From the IMG/VR virus record IMGVR_UViG_3300027704_000023: a stretch of 20,000 bases of DNA; one strand, given 5' to 3'. The translations under genes and the position numbers were made by a program. This DNA comes from an uncultured virus (IMG/VR IMGVR_UViG_3300027704_000023). Lineage: Duplodnaviria > Heunggongvirae > Uroviricota > Caudoviricetes > Crassvirales. Below are positions 17,309-20,000 of this stretch, in pieces (the stretch's first letter is position 1; each line of letters begins with the position of its first letter). The notes under the pieces are model-generated. The model worked only from the letters and a program-made list of their open reading frames with translations. It was not told where the DNA came from and ran no database searches.

Positions 17309-17898
17309 GATGTCCATCTATTTCTTATCGTCACCCATACTGTAGCTTGAAGGGTAGACGGGTTAATATTATATTTCTTAGCTACTTTCTGACAATCTTT
17401 TTCTAGTAGTTTATACTGTAAAGGAGTGACTGAAGTTTTACATTCTTTAGGAGAGGAGCTTCGGGTTTGAATAGCTCTAAGGTGCCACTTATCTATAGTG
17501 ACCTTGTTAATATCCTCCCCGCTTATATTTTTTGCAAAGGCATATGTTTTAGGTGATTGTTTTAATATCTTTATATCTCCACGAGCTATAGCAAAGGCTT
17601 TCAGCTTGTTGTTATTGTAAGTACAAACCTTAACCTGACTAGGTAAGATGCCTTTTTTCACAGCATCCAGCACTGTGTGTGCATCGATTTTATTCCTACC
17701 CCATCTATTATTAGGAGATAAAGCGGACACGACACCCGCACAAATAAGTGGCGGGGTATCGAATCTTAGAGAAAGAATTTTAACATAATCCTTAGCCTCA
17801 TTGTACCATACTTTGCCCGACTCACGTTCCTGTAGTGTGGACTCGTTATACCAATATTTTAAAAGGCTTCTACCTTTTGTTCTGTCTTGTAGCGTCAT
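17305..17898 (-). CDS. DUF7178-like protein (HhH DNA glycosylase-related fold)
   Basis: WY..AK...SALSPNNRW.RN...KA......PKTYAF..NI....VTIDKWH...QATVWV motif series. Confidence 0.65.
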   Translation of the reverse strand: MTLQDRTKGRSLLKYWYNESTLQERESGKVWYNEAKDYVKILSLRFDTPPLICAGVVSALSPNNRWGRNKIDAHTVLDAVKKGILPSQVKVCTYNNNKLKAFAIARGDIKILKQSPKTYAFAKNISGEDINKVTIDKWHLRAIQTRSSSPKECKTSVTPLQYKLLEKDCQKVAKKYNINPSTLQATVWVTIRNRWTS

Positions 17899-17911
17899 GA
17901 TGTATAGTTTT

Positions 17912-17927
17912 GTCCGCTTGAGCGGAC
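17912..17927. promoter_or_regulatory. Perfect GC-rich hairpin GTCCGC-TTGA-GCGGAC
   Basis: 6-bp inverted repeat between the tRNA-like element and the ATG at 17898; no U tract on the - strand. Confidence 0.5.
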
Positions 17928-17939
17928 GTTATTGTATTG

Positions 17940-18024
17940 AGCCTAGCGAAGGATTCGAACCTTCTGATAACTACCCCCGAACCAACAGTAGTAGACACCC
18001 CCATCTTCCAATCGTGGGCTAGGA
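17940..18024 (-). ncRNA. tRNA-like RNA (canonical T arm and acceptor-like stem, non-canonical anticodon arm)
   Basis: GAAGG-TTCGAAT-CCTTC T arm followed by GCTAGGC, pairing with 5' TCCTAGC (6/7); D-like hairpin; no standard anticodon arm; ends T-CAA, not CCA. Confidence 0.6.
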
Positions 18025-18030
18025 CATATT

Positions 18031-18207
18031 TCATTTTGTATTGTATTGCAAGCTATGAAATCGACTTGTAACTACACCTTTTCTTTTCGTTTGCATTATC
18101 TTAAGTTGAGCATTTTCGTTGGGATTAGAGGTTAAAAGACACTTTTCTATAGCTTTAAATAGCAGCTTCGTATCATAGCTGTTTAGTCTTATTGGTTCTT
18201 CCTTCAT
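18031..18207 (-). CDS. Hypothetical protein, 58 aa (MKEEPIRLNSYDTKLLFKAIEK...)
   Basis: Manually translated; ends 6 nt before the tRNA-like element. Confidence 0.5.
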   Translation of the reverse strand: MKEEPIRLNSYDTKLLFKAIEKCLLTSNPNENAQLKIMQTKRKGVVTSRFHSLQYNTK

Positions 18208-18253
18208 TGTTATGTTCTTTAATAAATTCTGCTATTAGTTTATTGTTGTTCAT
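18173..18253 (-). pseudogene. Possible truncated gene remnant, 26 aa (MNNNKLIAEFIKEH...)
   Basis: ATGA-coupled start; NKLIAEF is a common N-terminus of longer phage proteins, but this frame stops inside the next ORF. Confidence 0.3.
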
Positions 18254-18444
18254 TTTGATTTGTGCTTTATTATTGTTCCGCATATAACCTCCCCAATCAT
18301 CTCCATTATATACTCGTTGTCATCAAATGTAGCTATGAGTATAATCTCGGCTTCCGCTTCGGTTATCTCTACATCTAATTCTTTTGCTCGTATGAGTACG
18401 TCCTCAGCACTCCACTTAAGTTCGCTTCCGTTGTAGTATTTCAT
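18250..18444 (-). CDS. Small acidic protein, 64 aa, paralog of 19371-19568
   Basis: 41 of the first 58 residues identical to the 65-aa ORF. Confidence 0.8.
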   Translation of the reverse strand: MKYYNGSELKWSAEDVLIRAKELDVEITEAEAEIILIATFDDNEYIMEMIGEVICGTIIKHKSK

Positions 18445-18461
18445 TTTAATTTAATATTTCG

Positions 18462-18602
18462 TTATTCATGTAATCCGTATTTGTCTATGTACTCTCCTAT
18501 TGTTCGTCTTAGCTTACCTACTTTGAGTTCATACATGTTTACTCTTTCTGAATAAGCAAGTATGGTTTCTTGTAGCTGCTCGATTTTTTTATCTTTGTCC
18601 AT
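18462..18602 (-). CDS. Small coiled-coil protein (46 aa from MDKDKK; track start 18659 possible)
   Basis: Heptad pattern KIEQLQETILAYSERV; start uncertain. Confidence 0.5.
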   Translation of the reverse strand: MDKDKKIEQLQETILAYSERVNMYELKVGKLRRTIGEYIDKYGLHE

Positions 18603-18640
18603 TCGTTCTCTGTTTTTAGCTCGTTCTTGTACTCCCATAA

Positions 18641-18967
18641 TTACATACAGTCCATACATTCATTTATATCTTTGTCTTCATCGAAGCATACGCTCTCTGT
18701 GCGATCACCACATGAATCACAGGTATACTTGCTTAAGATATCGTTATTGCTATGGATTTTGAATCTATTCAGAAGCCCCTCGAACTCATCGTACTTCTCG
18801 TTGTAGAAGTCCTGAGCCTCACTGCTGAGCAAGGTCTCGTATGAGCCTTCAAAAATCTTACGCTCTTCGTATGTGTCTGCACCATAGTTCATCTCTGTTA
18901 TCTGTGTGGTTAGCTCGTCTAACAACTCCATGAATTCTGAGTTGTCTACGTATATTTTATCAGTCAT
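18641..18967 (-). CDS. Acidic protein with C-terminal zinc ribbon, 108 aa
   Basis: Very D/E-rich; CDSC...CMDC at the C-terminus. Confidence 0.7.
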   Translation of the reverse strand: MTDKIYVDNSEFMELLDELTTQITEMNYGADTYEERKIFEGSYETLLSSEAQDFYNEKYDEFEGLLNRFKIHSNNDILSKYTCDSCGDRTESVCFDEDKDINECMDCM

Positions 18968-19121
18968 GTTTTCTTATATGGTTTAGTTGTCTGCCTATAT
19001 CGAGTATGTTCTCACCTTCTGCTATACATAGGTTGTAGTGTTGCCTCCATGCATCGCATGAAAGAAAGTTGTTGAACCAATCGAGATACATAGATTCTAT
19101 TTGTGTGTTAGTGTAGTTCAT
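18960..19121 (-). CDS. Small phage protein (MYLDWFNNFL motif), 53 aa
   Basis: ATG 19121 overlaps the upstream TGA (ATGA); helical HTH-like pattern. Confidence 0.6.
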   Translation of the reverse strand: MNYTNTQIESMYLDWFNNFLSCDAWRQHYNLCIAEGENILDIGRQLNHIRKHD

Positions 19122-19363
19122 GCTTCGTTTAGTGGATACAAATCCTCCCACCCATCTATTGAGTTGGGGTTTGCATAAACCTTATCTTCTTTAGGTTTTT
19201 TCTGCACATATTCTTCTACCCAGAAATCTTGTCCGTACTCATCCCCCCAACGCTCGATGCATTCATCGGCTTCTTCTTGTGCTTCTTTATGGGTTAGGAA
19301 CCCTTGGTCTTGGTCTATTGAATGACCGAATTTATCTATTGTTACTACTTTATACATGTTCAT
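19118..19363 (-). CDS. Acidic hypothetical protein, about 81 aa
   Basis: Start moved to MNMYK (19363) to avoid overlap with the upstream gene. Confidence 0.6.
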   Translation of the reverse strand: MNMYKVVTIDKFGHSIDQDQGFLTHKEAQEEADECIERWGDEYGQDFWVEEYVQKKPKEDKVYANPNSIDGWEDLYPLNEA

Positions 19364-19370
19364 TTGATTT

Positions 19371-19568
19371 TTATATATCTTCTGTTTTAAGTAGTATTGT
19401 TTGAAGTATACAATCCCCAATCATCTCCATTATGTGTTCGTTATCCTCAAACGTAGCTATGAGTATGCTCTCGGCTTCTTCTTCGGTTAGGGCTATGTCT
19501 AAGTCCGTTGCTCGTGTAAGTACATCCTCAGTACTCCACTTAAGTTCGTTTCCTTCGTAGTATTTCAT
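19371..19568 (-). CDS. Small acidic protein, 65 aa, paralog of 18250-18444
   Basis: Direct paralogy visible at both DNA and protein level. Confidence 0.8.
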   Translation of the reverse strand: MKYYEGNELKWSTEDVLTRATDLDIALTEEEAESILIATFEDNEHIMEMIGDCILQTILLKTEDI

Positions 19569-19816
19569 ATTCGTGGTAAAAAGTGTTCGTCTTTATTAAG
19601 CAGTCCTCTTATGTCGTGTACTATATCATTGGTAAACAACAGATTAGTACGCTCCACCTCTACCAATCGTTTACTCCAATCCTCATGGTCTATACATGTT
19701 TGTACAACATACCAAAGGTTTTCTTTAAACCATTCGGGTAGGTTATCCCTTACTATGTTTATAGCTTCTGTTGATACCTCTGTGTTAGGTATTCCTTCTA
19801 GTGTTTCTTGACTCAT
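19565..19816 (-). CDS. Hypothetical protein, 83 aa
   Basis: ATGA-coupled; ends HDIRGLL...HFLPR. Confidence 0.65.
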   Translation of the reverse strand: MSQETLEGIPNTEVSTEAINIVRDNLPEWFKENLWYVVQTCIDHEDWSKRLVEVERTNLLFTNDIVHDIRGLLNKDEHFLPRI

Positions 19817-19828
19817 ATTGTATTGGTT

Positions 19829-19999
19829 TTAGTATGATGTGCCGTAGCAATCATCACATTCAGTGTTATCGTTATCCTCGTTGTATGACATTACCCCATC
19901 GTTAAAGTATTCGTCACACCCATCGCATTGCTCTCGGTCAGCGTTATGGTCTATGGTTACTCCCATTCCCTTAGCACACTCATCGAGGTAGCTATCCTT
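19829..19999 (-). CDS. 3' end of acidic zinc-ribbon protein (truncated by window)
   Basis: Manual translation ...KDSYLDECAKGMGVTIDHNADREQCDGCDEYFNDGVMSYNEDNDNTECDDCYGTSY*. Confidence 0.6.
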   Translation of the reverse strand, partial: KDSYLDECAKGMGVTIDHNADREQCDGCDEYFNDGVMSYNEDNDNTECDDCYGTSY

Positions 20000-20000
20000 C

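Noticed and set aside
17940..18024. Functional decoding tRNA
   Set aside because: No 5-bp stem/7-nt anticodon loop, no U8, no CCA; reported as tRNA-like instead.
9833..19811. Short + strand ORFs within the - strand module (incl. 17136-17345, 17801-18022) and nested 12639-12872
   Set aside because: They overlap better-supported genes or RNAs; no coupling or recognisable motifs.
1..20000. Stop-codon reassignment, CRISPR array, intron/intein, DGR
   Set aside because: Genes are intact and densely packed under code 11 with TAA, TGA and TAG all used as stops; no repeat-spacer array, reverse transcriptase or split genes seen.

Overview
A 20 kb segment of an AT-rich tailed-phage genome with a podovirus-like layout. 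The host is most likely Bacteroidota/Flavobacteria, judging from TAnnTTTG promoter motifs, A-rich leaders without obvious Shine-Dalgarno sequences and a BT4734-type primase. The + strand (1-9419) is the end of the virion module: the C-terminus of a tail stabilization/muzzle-like protein, three putative internal (ejection/cargo) proteins of 389, 550 and 1861 aa, and a 3TM holin. The - strand (9406-20000) converges on it. It carries a replication/recombination module (DnaA-domain-IV-like HTH protein, PD-(D/E)XK protein, T7 endonuclease I-like resolvase, primase-helicase, DUF1599/Nmad1, SSB-like protein, RecE-like exonuclease, Rad52/Sak-like annealing protein), preceded by a dense array of small early/accessory genes. 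Most notable: (1) an A10 run near the start of the 1861-aa gene that opens a -1 frame encoding an aromatic amphipathic beta-strand-like tail (candidate programmed frameshift/slippage); (2) a non-canonical tRNA-like RNA and a second multibranch structured RNA bracketing a DUF7178 glycosylase-fold gene; (3) duplicated and modular early genes; (4) apparent CCGG avoidance. All family calls are by motif recognition, with no database search.
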